From the NCBI GenBank assembly GCA_963830915.1, contig CAWHOE010000005.1, positions 1 through 64,000 of the forward strand: a stretch of 64,000 bases of DNA. The letters run 5' to 3'. This document shows positions 39,786 through 49,397 of this stretch, piece by piece (the stretch's first letter is position 1; the number at the start of each line of letters is the position of its first letter). Below the pieces are notes generated by a model that saw only the letters and a program-made list of their open reading frames with translations, made no database searches and was not told the DNA's origin. The DNA comes from a candidate division FCPU426 bacterium. GTDB lineage: Bacteria; Oederibacteriota; Muellerivitia; Muellerivitales; Muellerivitaceae. The translations under genes were made by a program, and so were the position numbers.

Positions 39786-41208
39786 TTAATTCAATGGAAA
39801 TACCCACATCTCGTTAGGTTTCCCAACGACCAAAATGGCATAACGGTCTGGATCAAATCGACAATAACCACCTAACCGATAATCAGTCCTTAATATCTTT
39901 TGGATCTTGAGGTTTTCACCCACATAAGCGATGAGGCTGTGACTATTATCCTCGTAAAAGATCATCCAAAAGCCATTCGACCTCGAGTCGGGAAAAACAG
40001 AAATTATTCCACCCCCTTCATCATCGGTCCAGTCTACCGTTGGTGATAGGGGCCCCTGTCCCATTTGATACTTCTCGTAATTCCCAGTGATTCCGTTGTA
40101 AGTGCCCACAACCACACGGTTATCACCCTGGACGACCTTGCCGTCTTTTATTTCAGGGTCCAATTCAAGAATGGAATCGGTTTTGTTCGGGGTCGACTGA
40201 TAGAACTTCAATAACCCCAGATTCTGGTCATAGAAACTGGCCCCATGTTCGTTATAAACCCCTATCACCGAACCCTGCCGATTCCGGAATGGGACGCCAT
40301 TGTCCAGATCGGGCGGTGGGAAATACCGCTGTAACCCAGGCAATTTTAATAAGTAATCATCCCCTGTATAATTTTCTAATTCCGCTTGGCCAAATAACAT
40401 TCCCCGTCCCGGCAAATCCACGTACGTGAACAACCCATAGGATGTATCGACAGGGGTACAAACACTCGTCTGTGTATCAAAAATACAGTCCGTCCGGCTT
40501 TCCGTCTCCTCGTCCTTGAATACCCCATAGATGTACCTTTCCCCCATGAATAAATTCCTGAGTTCCACGAGGTTCTCCAGCCCAGGAATGGACTTAAAGG
40601 TTTTCGCGTCTAATATTTCCGAAATCTCGGCAGCCCCCCCACCTTCCATGGTATCCACCTCGGCCAGATACTTTCCCTCGGGGCTGATGTGGATCCATGT
40701 CGCCAAGTATTCTTCTGAATTGATTATGGCTTTTTCATAAAGGATCTTTTTTTTCGTGGTGTCATACAGGTAATTCCGCTGGGTGTATCGATCACTTTTG
40801 AGGTCCGGTTGGTAGAAGACCGTCAGTGCCCAAAGATGACCGTATTGGTCGCAATTGATGGTGACGCGGGTGGCCTTTTTGACAAAATCGGGAAGGCCAT
40901 CCCAGGTATCGAATAGCCTGTCGGAATAAAAAACCTCTCGTCCAACATCGTGACCAATGCATAAGATATCGTAAACCTGGATCTGTTGTTTGCTTCCCCT
41001 TGAGATAAAAGAATGGTGGTTGGATATCGTTTTAACTTTGATGTTTTGGATGATGACCTTATCTTGGGCAAGGGATGGCCAAGGCAATGAGCCGACTATA
41101 AGGGCAACGAACAGAATAACCCGCAATACAGAAAGAATTTTCAATATGCGTTCCCTATTTTCCCGAAAGTTCCTTGCTAAATAAAAAGGTGCCTGGCCAA
41201 CAGTGTCC
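39786..41208 (-). CDS. Secreted hypothetical protein (start uncertain)
   Basis: Long open frame with a signal-like segment. Confidence 0.7.
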
Positions 41209-41243
41209 ATTTTTGAAGCCTCATCCGAATTCGTTCCCATTAT

Positions 41244-41280
41244 AAACAAAAGGCACGTACCCTTAGGTACATGCCTTTGT
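41244..41280 (-). terminator. Rho-independent terminator
   Basis: AAAGGCATGTACC-TAAG-GGTACGTGCCTTTT hairpin followed by a T-run. Confidence 0.65.
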
Positions 41281-41349
41281 GATCAACAATTTAATTGTTA
41301 AATTCATTCAATTCTTCGTTTTAATTAACCTCGGTCCCTTATACTTCAC

Positions 41350-42921
41350 TCAATACGGGGCGAATTTTTGAACATTATTATTTCCGTAATCCGTCACATA
41401 CACATTTCCAGAACTATCGATTGCCATTCCCCAAGGTTGGTTAAAACCATTGGTCCAGGAAACCAAAAAGTTTCCGGAAGAATCGAATTTTTGTATTCTT
41501 TTATTACCCGAATCCGCGACCAATTCATTTCCTGAACTATCGATAGCAACTCCTACGGGGCCGGCAAATAAACCATTACTCGCTCCGGAACCACCCCAAG
41601 TTCTAATCTGACCACCACTAGAACTCATTTCTTCTATAAATTGGCTTTCTGAAAAATAAAGGTCATCCGAAGAATTAACAGCCACAAAATTAAGTGAATT
41701 AGGTAGTGATCCTCCTAATTCATTCATATAAGTTCCGCCTGTTGTGAACTGATAAATACGGCCATTATTGGCGTAATAAGTTCCATCCATTACGTACAAA
41801 TCAGAATAAGGACCAATCGCGATACCCCAAATATATTTATCGAATCCGCCCCCTGTCCAACCAGGCCCTATTTGAGATAAAAATGTTCCGCTTGAGTTAA
41901 ATTTTTGAACACGTTGATTTAAAGCATCTACAACGTAAAGGTTATTTGAACTATCAACAGCCAAACCTTGAGGAGCACTGAATTGGCTATTACCGGTTCC
42001 CGGCCCGCCTAACGTACCGACGAAATTTCCGCTGGTATCGAACTTTTGTATCCGGTTGTTGCCTGAATCAGCCACATATACGGTACCCAAACCGTCAACA
42101 GCTATTCCAGTAGGACCAGAAAGTTGACCGGTCCCTGTTCCAGTACCTCCGAATGAAAGTTTAAAGGGATATACAAACGTTGATGTTGGCGTAAAGGTAT
42201 TGGTGGGGGTAAAAGTATATGTTGGTGTGAACGTATAAGTTGGGGTTGGTGTACTGACACAATAAATCGCGATAAATACTATTTGATCGGAAGTTTGGGT
42301 CCACCCAGTACTCGGTAAACTCGCAGGGAAACTTCCGAAGGTATAAAGCCGATAATCAACCGTTCCACCGCCTGAACTATAGTTTAAATTTGTCCCATTT
42401 TGGGTTTGCACCGCGATCCAATAATTCCCTGGTTGGAGCGAAAGAGGCGTGGTGAGGGCTAAATTATTAACACCCGTCACCGCCGATTGAGAATTGGTAT
42501 TTCCCAGTAATGAACAAGGTACACCCGAACAATCACTGTAAACCGCCATTTCCACATTACCAGTAGCATTCGTTAACGAAGTTTTTAAGGCCGTGATTAC
42601 CCCGGCGCCAGTCAACGTGAAACTTTCGGTTATCAAATATCCCGAAGGATAACCCGATAGGGCCCCCGAAATATTTCCCATCGTCGAGGGAAAGGGGCAA
42701 CCAAACCAAGTGCCCGTTGGAGTCGGTAGGTTAGTACTTGTATATGTAAAGGTCGGTGTGCAGGTGGGTGAGGTCCCGACCCAACAGGCTTGTGTAAAGG
42801 TAGGAGTAGGCGCGGGTGGATTTTTAGAGGGGGCCGAAGGACTATTACTCCCGCAAGCACTAATGAATGCCGTGATAACCACAGAAAGGAAAAGAAGCAT
42901 AAAAATAACGTGACGTTTCAT
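41350..42921 (-). CDS. Lipoprotein with Pro/Thr linkers and NHL repeats
   Basis: ISAC lipobox; TPTxTF repeats; NHL motifs. Confidence 0.85.
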   Translation of the reverse strand: MKRHVIFMLLFLSVVITAFISACGSNSPSAPSKNPPAPTPTFTQACWVGTSPTCTPTFTYTSTNLPTPTGTWFGCPFPSTMGNISGALSGYPSGYLITESFTLTGAGVITALKTSLTNATGNVEMAVYSDCSGVPCSLLGNTNSQSAVTGVNNLALTTPLSLQPGNYWIAVQTQNGTNLNYSSGGGTVDYRLYTFGSFPASLPSTGWTQTSDQIVFIAIYCVSTPTPTYTFTPTYTFTPTNTFTPTSTFVYPFKLSFGGTGTGTGQLSGPTGIAVDGLGTVYVADSGNNRIQKFDTSGNFVGTLGGPGTGNSQFSAPQGLAVDSSNNLYVVDALNQRVQKFNSSGTFLSQIGPGWTGGGFDKYIWGIAIGPYSDLYVMDGTYYANNGRIYQFTTGGTYMNELGGSLPNSLNFVAVNSSDDLYFSESQFIEEMSSSGGQIRTWGGSGASNGLFAGPVGVAIDSSGNELVADSGNKRIQKFDSSGNFLVSWTNGFNQPWGMAIDSSGNVYVTDYGNNNVQKFAPY

Positions 42922-43192
42922 AAAAAAACCTCCAAAACAGCATATTTTTTAAATGTTAAACCTATTACAAACATCTCAATATGAGTAAAATCACAAACCT
43001 TCACTCAATAAAGGTTATTTCATTAAATGCTTTCTATAAGGGGTATTTGTCATTCTTTTTGAGAACATCAAAGCTAACCTCCTCTAAATTCCACAGAAAT
43101 CATTCGAAACTAGACTGGTATTAATGGATACCTCCTCGCTGTCATTGATTATTTTTCTCTCAACTTCAGGAAAGCCCACTTGCAACATTTCC

Positions 43193-44515
43193 TTAAGGTG
43201 ATGTCGCCGCGATGGTGCTAGGGCCGGCGGCAACCGCCACAAATGTCCCATTCCCATAAGCCACTGACGTCCAAGGACGTGTACTGGGAAGGTTGGGGGC
43301 GGACCAGTTGATGCCATCCGGTGATGTCACAGCCACCCCGCTATTGATACCAACCGCTACAAACACCCCATCGCCGTAGGTAACGGATAACCAGTTTTGA
43401 GAACTGGGAAGGGTTTGGGGCGTCCAGGTGCTTCCATCCGGCGATGTCGCCGCGACCGCGCTACCATTGGCGATAGCCACAAATGTCCCATTCCCATAAG
43501 CCAGTAACTGCCAATACTGCGAGCTTGGGAGGTTTTGGGGCGTCCAGGTGGCCCCATCCGGCGATGTGGCCGCCGCCTGGCCGTAAGCGGTCGCCAAGAA
43601 CTCCCCATTCCCGTAAGTCACCGCGTACCAGTACTGCGAGCTTGGGAGGGTTTGAGGCGTCCAAGTGATGCCATCCGGCGATGTCGCCGCCGCCGCGCTG
43701 GGACCATCCGCGACGATCACAAACACCCCATTCCCATAAGCCACTGACGTCCAATAATTTGAACTGGGAAGGGTTTGGGGCGTCCAGGTGATCCCGTCCG
43801 GCGATGTCAGCGCTACCGCGCAATTAAAACCAACAAGCATAAAAACCCCGTTCCCGTAGGTCATGGACCGCCAGCTTTGTGAACTGGGGAGGGTGCGGGG
43901 CGTCCAAGTGATGCCATCCGGCGATGTCGCCGCGACCGCGCTACCATTGGCGATAGCCACAAATGTCCCATTCCCATAGGTCACTAGCTCCCAGTTCTCG
44001 GAGGTGGGGAGGGTTTGGGGCGTCCAGGACGAACCGGGGATGGGTGTGTTGGTGGGTGTATTCGTAAAGGTTGAAGAAATGGTCGAGGTATTGGTGGGTG
44101 TGTCGGTTGTCGTGTTCGAGGGAGTGGACGTGATTGTCGCTGTCAACGTGTCAGTGGGCGTAAAGGTGATGGTTGGGGTATTGGTTGATGTCGGACTATT
44201 GCTGGGGGTCAGGGACGCTGTCGGGCTGTCCGTGTTGACGGGGGTAAAGGTTGTCGTTGGGGTAGCGGTGGAGGTAGATGTGGCGGAAAAAGTGGCCGTA
44301 TTCAATGGGGTGTTGGTGGGCGTTCGGGTCAAAGAAAAGGTCGCGGTAAATACAGGTGTCTGTGTGGGCGTAAAGGACGACGTGAGGGTGTTGGTTGGGT
44401 TGCTGTTACCACCCGGGGAGGTGGGGTTGTCGGTTTTGCCCCCGCAGGAAAAAGAGGTAAGGATCAAGGATGCGGCCAACAATGGGGGCAGGACCAGGAT
44501 GAGAAATTTTCTCAC
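43193..44515 (-). CDS. Lipoprotein with Thr-rich linker and ~40-aa tandem beta-propeller repeats
   Basis: SFSC lipobox; 7 repeats of WTPQTLPSSxxWxxVxYGNGxFVA...TSPDG. Confidence 0.85.
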   Translation of the reverse strand: MRKFLILVLPPLLAASLILTSFSCGGKTDNPTSPGGNSNPTNTLTSSFTPTQTPVFTATFSLTRTPTNTPLNTATFSATSTSTATPTTTFTPVNTDSPTASLTPSNSPTSTNTPTITFTPTDTLTATITSTPSNTTTDTPTNTSTISSTFTNTPTNTPIPGSSWTPQTLPTSENWELVTYGNGTFVAIANGSAVAATSPDGITWTPRTLPSSQSWRSMTYGNGVFMLVGFNCAVALTSPDGITWTPQTLPSSNYWTSVAYGNGVFVIVADGPSAAAATSPDGITWTPQTLPSSQYWYAVTYGNGEFLATAYGQAAATSPDGATWTPQNLPSSQYWQLLAYGNGTFVAIANGSAVAATSPDGSTWTPQTLPSSQNWLSVTYGDGVFVAVGINSGVAVTSPDGINWSAPNLPSTRPWTSVAYGNGTFVAVAAGPSTIAATSP

Positions 44516-44658
44516 GGAGAGCCTCGTGTAATGTCATTCGGTGTGTTCCCCCAAGACGAATGGGAAAATGACCCGCTCCCCTGCTGGTCTATTTGATACC
44601 TATTTCTAAAAGAGTCAATGTTGGATTTATCGGAAGGACCAATTAGAAGCTAGATGTC

Positions 44659-44801
44659 TTGTCCACGGAGGGACCCCAGGTAGTAGACCTCCCTATAGCA
44701 GAGTTTCAGAAACCGAAACACGCTATAGGGCACAGCACTACAGGGTTTACCCTAAAGTGTGCCCAACGGGCTCTACTTTAGGGCACAGCCGTCATGGACA
44801 A
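44659..44801. repeat. Palindromic inter-gene site 1 (143 bp)
   Basis: TTGTCCACGG...CCGTCATGGACAA; right ~70 bp shared with site 4. Confidence 0.85.
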
Positions 44802-44807
44802 TATTTT

Positions 44808-45320
44808 TTACTTGAAAAGCCCTTTTAATGTGTCCATAGCCGCGACGAGTGAGCGCGAGCCTTCATCAAAAGGATAAAACCCGTACTGGATGTAAAACCC
44901 CTCAGCTTTTTTATTCTTTGCGTCTACGATCATATACTTTGCCGCGACGGATTGAACAGCTACGACAGACCGGCGAATGGCATCCATCAATAACATCTCC
45001 CCCAATCCAGTTCCCTGCCATTTTCGGTCAACGGCAAGACGGGCCAATCGGACAGCGGGAACCGGATATTTGGGAAGGTTTTTGCGGTGAGATTCCGGAA
45101 GGGACCGTAATTCCACCTGAGCCATGCTCAACGTGTGGTAACCCGCCGCGATCGGTTCTCCTTCGACGGGAACAAGAACATAAGTACTGCCCAAACCCTT
45201 GCGATGGTTCTGACCGGCGAATTTCCTTAAATAATCATTAAGCTCGGGGATCCCGCAATCAAACGATCGGAGTTCGGGTTTTTGGATGATCGAAATGAAC
45301 CGCCATTGGGGCTTTGCCAT
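44808..45320 (-). CDS. GNAT acetyltransferase toxin (TacT/AtaT-like)
   Basis: FDCGIPELNDYL, PVPAVRLARLAVD..WQGTGLG and VDAKN. Confidence 0.9.
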   Translation of the reverse strand: MAKPQWRFISIIQKPELRSFDCGIPELNDYLRKFAGQNHRKGLGSTYVLVPVEGEPIAAGYHTLSMAQVELRSLPESHRKNLPKYPVPAVRLARLAVDRKWQGTGLGEMLLMDAIRRSVVAVQSVAAKYMIVDAKNKKAEGFYIQYGFYPFDEGSRSLVAAMDTLKGLFK

Positions 45321-45331
45321 TAGGACTGGAG

Positions 45332-45613
45332 TTAGGATATTTCTTTTTGGTAGCGCCGGGCCGCCGCCTTAAGTTTCTCGTTGGGCGCGAGAGGGTTATC
45401 CAAGAGACGCAGGAATAAATTCAAGTCCTTGGGGGACGGACTATAGGTTTTGTAAACAGCCGCGTTTTCATGGGCCGCGTGGATGGATTTTGTCACGAGA
45501 TAAGAACTCAGGCTCAAACCCTGCGCTTGGGCGGCTTTTTCTAACAATCGCTTATCCTGGGGTCTTACCCTCAGTTCGATGCGTTCTTCTTTGGTTTTAA
45601 GAGCTTTCGTCAT
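45332..45613 (-). CDS. DUF1778 antitoxin (TacA/AtaR-like)
   Basis: ERIELRV...LEKAA...LSSY and LDNPLAPNEKL; operator TGTACGG-N7-CCGTACA at 45644-45664. Confidence 0.9.
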   Translation of the reverse strand: MTKALKTKEERIELRVRPQDKRLLEKAAQAQGLSLSSYLVTKSIHAAHENAAVYKTYSPSPKDLNLFLRLLDNPLAPNEKLKAAARRYQKEIS

Positions 45614-45670
45614 GGCCATACCTCTGTTCCAAATATACCATATTGTACGGAACATTACCGTACATACTTA

Positions 45671-45756
45671 TTGTCCACTCTAGGTCCCCAGATTGGTCAA
45701 CTTATAATTTGGCCTGAGTAAGCGAAGCGCATCGAAGGGGTCCCCGTCGTGGACAA
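45671..45756. repeat. Palindromic inter-gene site 2 (86 bp)
   Basis: TTGTCCAC...CCCGTCGTGGACAA; interior similar to site 5. Confidence 0.85.
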
Positions 45757-45794
45757 TATGAAAACAACCCAACCTTCCAATAGCGGATGTTCCC

Positions 45795-46895
45795 TTATTT
45801 TTGTTTGACGCCTAAAAGATCCAATGCTATCGATGCTTTTTTAGCCTCCGTCCAATCTCCGCTTTTGCTGGCAAGGGTATACCAACGGATCGCTTCCGCT
45901 TTATTTACGGGCACCCCAACACCTTTCTCGTATATTTCGGCCAATTCGTTTTGTGACTTTGCGTCACCCTGGTTGGCGGCCTTCTGATACCACTGGAAGG
46001 CTAATCCTTGATCCTGCGAGAACCCGCCCATCCCCACCTGATAGCACTGCGCGATTCCCCGCTGGGCGGCCGCATCCCCTTTTTCGGCCCTTTCAATGAA
46101 AGCGTATTGGCCTTGGGTGAATATAAGCAAGAAAAAAAAGATCAAACAAAGGATAGCGCCCGTTACCCAGGCCCATCGGTATCGCGTGACCTTTTCCTCG
46201 ACGATCACCACCGTTCCAGCGAGAAAATCATGCAGGGCCCGGCGGCGGTCATTGGTCAACAACACAAGGATTTCGCTAAAGGTCCAGAACATCATTAAGT
46301 TCTTGAATTTATCTGACATGAATTTAAAGGTGTCCGGCGGCAGAACACTGTCGCCAAGGATCTTTAAATTGAGGTCAAGAATTCCGAAAGCGACCAGAAA
46401 CACTTTCGTCAAGTAACCTAGGCTTTGTAGGATATCCAGCAAGTTCCTTAAAAATATATGCCTCCAACCGATGGGCTGATAATCTGCCGTAACCACTTTG
46501 ATCCCCATCGCCATCTTGCCCGGGGATTGCCCCCATCGTTTGAGCATATAAAGGGTAAGAACGGTCATGGAAAGCACGAACCACATATTGGAATTTTCAC
46601 TAAAGGCGTATTTTTTATTCACAAGGAACATCAGGTCGATCAGGGCAAAGGTCAATCCTGAATCCACGATCAAACTACCTGTCCGTATCCAGAAGCCAGC
46701 GTATTTATACTGGCGTACCTCCAGGTGATAGGTCTCGTAGTCTATCTCGGTGTTGATCGCGTAGACCAACCCGGCCAGGACCAGGAAAAGACCGGACCAA
46801 AAACCTACCGTTAGAGTGACCAACATTGAGGATAAGAAAATCAAAACGATTATCAAATCGGCGTTAGAATTGATTTTTGATGATCTCTCAGGCAT
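45795..46895 (-). CDS. RDD-family membrane protein with C-terminal Sel1 repeats
   Basis: YAGFWIR, GQSPGKMAMGIKVV, RALHDFLAGTVV and WYQKAANQGDAKSQ. Confidence 0.9.
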   Translation of the reverse strand: MPERSSKINSNADLIIVLIFLSSMLVTLTVGFWSGLFLVLAGLVYAINTEIDYETYHLEVRQYKYAGFWIRTGSLIVDSGLTFALIDLMFLVNKKYAFSENSNMWFVLSMTVLTLYMLKRWGQSPGKMAMGIKVVTADYQPIGWRHIFLRNLLDILQSLGYLTKVFLVAFGILDLNLKILGDSVLPPDTFKFMSDKFKNLMMFWTFSEILVLLTNDRRRALHDFLAGTVVIVEEKVTRYRWAWVTGAILCLIFFFLLIFTQGQYAFIERAEKGDAAAQRGIAQCYQVGMGGFSQDQGLAFQWYQKAANQGDAKSQNELAEIYEKGVGVPVNKAEAIRWYTLASKSGDWTEAKKASIALDLLGVKQK

Positions 46896-47008
46896 ATGAC
46901 CTCGTTTTAATACTAGAATTCAATAAGTCTGATTTTAATCTTCATCAGAATCGACGACATCATTTAAATCTAATTTGTGGCAACAACCTTGAAAATTACG
47001 AAATTTTC

Positions 47009-47040
47009 CTTGTCCACTACACCTCACCGTCGTGGACAAG
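47009..47040. repeat. Palindromic inter-gene site 3 (minimal 12-8-12)
   Basis: CTTGTCCACTAC-ACCTCACC-GTCGTGGACAAG. Confidence 0.85.
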
Positions 47041-47068
47041 TAAACCAAGCGCCCTCAAGTGTGATCGG

Positions 47069-47734
47069 TTAGCCTGGCCCTTTTGTACCCGACAAGGCCT
47101 CTTTCGCCGCCTTCAGCAACTCCTGCGGGTCCACCCGGACCTTGATGTCCGGGTTGTAATAAACGAAGTGAATGAGCCCCCGGGTATCCACCACATACGC
47201 CGCCGGAACGGGCAATTCGTGGAGGGAATTCCCCGTGGCTTTCTCCAGATCGACCCCGAATCCCTTCATCTTGTCCAATGTTTGGGCGTCCAACCTGTAG
47301 GCTAGGCCGAACTGGCGAGTCACTTCCATTTTACGGTCGGAAAGCAGGGTGTATTGTATTCCATGTTTCTCAAGGCTTTCACGCAGGCTCTCGGGCTTAT
47401 CCGGGGTGATGGCCAAGACCTGGTACCCCATCTTCCTCAGGTCGGGCTCGACCTTCACCAATTGACCCATTTGGAGGTTGCAATAGGGGCACCAGCCTCC
47501 CCGGTAAAAAATGAGGACGCTGGGTTTTCGGGAAACGAGGGTTTGCAGGTCCACCTTTTTCCCCTCAAGGGTCGTCAGCTCGCCGTTGGGAATGCTTTGT
47601 CCCTTCCCCAGGGGCTGAACTTCCTTCGGGTTGTCGTAAAGGGGCTTACCCATGGATCCGGCCATCGATGTTTCAACCATGGCCAGGCCTCCCAGAAAAA
47701 TTAAGATCCAAAAAAAAGTCGAACGGTTCCACAC
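47069..47734 (-). CDS. Peroxiredoxin-like (AhpC/TSA) protein
   Basis: FYRGGWCPYCN and LPVPAAYVVD. Confidence 0.9.
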   Translation of the reverse strand: MWNRSTFFWILIFLGGLAMVETSMAGSMGKPLYDNPKEVQPLGKGQSIPNGELTTLEGKKVDLQTLVSRKPSVLIFYRGGWCPYCNLQMGQLVKVEPDLRKMGYQVLAITPDKPESLRESLEKHGIQYTLLSDRKMEVTRQFGLAYRLDAQTLDKMKGFGVDLEKATGNSLHELPVPAAYVVDTRGLIHFVYYNPDIKVRVDPQELLKAAKEALSGTKGPG

Positions 47735-47792
47735 TTGCCACCTCCGTGAATTTAAGAACTCTTATTTAAATATCAAAACCAATGGGTTCGAA

Positions 47793-47970
47793 CTGCCCAC
47801 GACGGGTCCCCCTGTACCAACCCCGGAAGGAGAGCTCTTCGACCACCCTTCAGGGCATGGACTTCGTCACCACGCAGCAGAACTTCGCACGCTGCATGAC
47901 ACGGCAGTACAGGGTTTACCCTAAAGTGTGCCCAACTTGCTCTACTTTAGGGCACAGCCATCATGGACAA
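47793..47970. repeat. Palindromic inter-gene site 4 (178 bp)
   Basis: CTGCCCACGACGGG...CCATCATGGACAA; contains a segment also present at ~37598-37633. Confidence 0.8.
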
Positions 47971-48007
47971 TCTTAACTCTTCCGAGATTTAATTATCCGC
48001 GCGAGGC

Positions 48008-48613
48008 TTAAAACCGCTGGGTGAACGCTAAGCCTGGTTGATGCGTGTTGGGCAGCATCATCAGGGACAAGCCGTTATCATGTTGGACCTGATAGTTGTA
48101 ACGGTTGACGGCGTTGTAGCGGTCGTTCCCCGCGTCGCTTTCCAGGATAAAGCCCACGACACACGCGACGGTTCCCGCGCCCCAGATGGCAACGGCCAGC
48201 CCGACGTCGGTATTGGCGGGGACCGTGATGGTGTCCCCGTATTGATCCGTGGTGGTCGTGGTATTGCCGATATTGGCCATCTGGATGACGAAATCGGTAA
48301 GACCCGCGGCCCAAACCACCGCCCCACCCCATAACAGCGGTTGTCCCCAAGCGTCATTGTTTTCGGCCGAGTGGATCAATTGGCTGGCCTGGGGGTCCCC
48401 CAACGGGTCGATCACTTTCTCGAATTGGCGGTAGCTTTGGAGCGGCAGCCCGTCGTAATAAAAGCCGTTCGAGGAGTACTTTCCCCAGCCAAATGTCTGG
48501 ATCTCGATCGGAAGGAATTTGGTCTTAGGAGTGGTAGTCGCGGTATCGTCCTGCGCCTGGCAAACTCCCGCGGACGCCATGATCACTAATAAAATCCAAG
48601 CCAATGTACGCAT
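48008..48613 (-). CDS. Secreted/membrane hypothetical protein
   Basis: GGAGG RBS, signal peptide and two hydrophobic helices. Confidence 0.8.
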   Translation of the reverse strand: MRTLAWILLVIMASAGVCQAQDDTATTTPKTKFLPIEIQTFGWGKYSSNGFYYDGLPLQSYRQFEKVIDPLGDPQASQLIHSAENNDAWGQPLLWGGAVVWAAGLTDFVIQMANIGNTTTTTDQYGDTITVPANTDVGLAVAIWGAGTVACVVGFILESDAGNDRYNAVNRYNYQVQHDNGLSLMMLPNTHQPGLAFTQRF

Positions 48614-48749
48614 ACCATCCTCCCTTGATATTCGACTTTTATTAAGTAACCAAGCTTTGAGCGTTACGCCACCAAGCAACTCTTTCTTTTAGACGCTCCA
48701 AACCATTCAAAGGGCTTCTTCATTATGTTGGGTTTTAGAATTATTTTCT

Positions 48750-48826
48750 TTGTCCACGACGGGTCCCCAGATTAGACAACTTATAATTAGCCCTGAGCCC
48801 GTCGAAGGGGTCCCTATCATGGACAA
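48750..48826. repeat. Palindromic inter-gene site 5 (77 bp)
   Basis: TTGTCCACGACGGGTCCCC...GGGGTCCCTATCATGGACAA. Confidence 0.85.
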
Positions 48827-48836
48827 GTTAGCCGGT

Positions 48837-49352
48837 TCATCTTCCCCGGGTTTTCACCAATTTCATCACCGTCCCCAGTTTTCTCTTCAAATTGAAATTA
48901 TGGGGGTCCCTCTTTTGCAAATAAGCGAGGATCTTAGCGGCGTCGGCATAAAGACCCCGGCCGATCAATTGATCGGCGACTTCGATGGTCATCGCTCTTG
49001 CCTGGGGCGTCTTCTTCGGGGCGCCGCTTCCCTTTTCCAAACGCGTCAATAACGTCTTGACCCTTTGATTGCCCGGGTCTTTCTTGAGCATCATGCGAAG
49101 GACTTGGAGGGTCTTGGCTTTTTTATCGGTGGAGGGTTTCCCGGGAACGTGTCGGGAGGATGCCGCCGCGAAAGCGACGACCGCCCTGACTGAATCCATC
49201 GATAAAGCGGGATGGGTCTTGATGATCTTTTCAGGAGAATCGCCCGCGGCCAACTGGCGAAGGACCGTGTCCAAGGGGATATTCGTTCCCTTGATGATGG
49301 GTACCCCGTTCAGGATCTTGGGATCGCGGATAATGTAATCGCTGAACTTCAT
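48837..49352 (-). CDS. DUF433 protein with basic helical C-terminal extension
   Basis: IIRDPKILNGVPIIKGTNIP...LAAGDSPEKI. Confidence 0.85.
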   Translation of the reverse strand: MKFSDYIIRDPKILNGVPIIKGTNIPLDTVLRQLAAGDSPEKIIKTHPALSMDSVRAVVAFAAASSRHVPGKPSTDKKAKTLQVLRMMLKKDPGNQRVKTLLTRLEKGSGAPKKTPQARAMTIEVADQLIGRGLYADAAKILAYLQKRDPHNFNLKRKLGTVMKLVKTRGR

Positions 49353-49397
49353 ATGGTCACCCTTTATTTTAATAAGGGTTCGTGGTCCAACAGCCCG

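Noticed and set aside
43193..44040. Near-identical ~120-bp repeats as DGR TR/VR or CRISPR
   Set aside because: They are in-frame protein repeats, and no reverse transcriptase or cas gene is present.
47652..47976. Short ORFs within site 4 as a recombinase remnant
   Set aside because: No recognisable motif, so this cannot be supported without a search.
44659..48826. TTGTCCAC as DnaA boxes or an origin; repeats as a CRISPR array
   Set aside because: They lack the final A of TT(A/G)TCCACA, occur as inverted pairs about 1 kb apart and are separated by whole genes. No cas or dnaA context.
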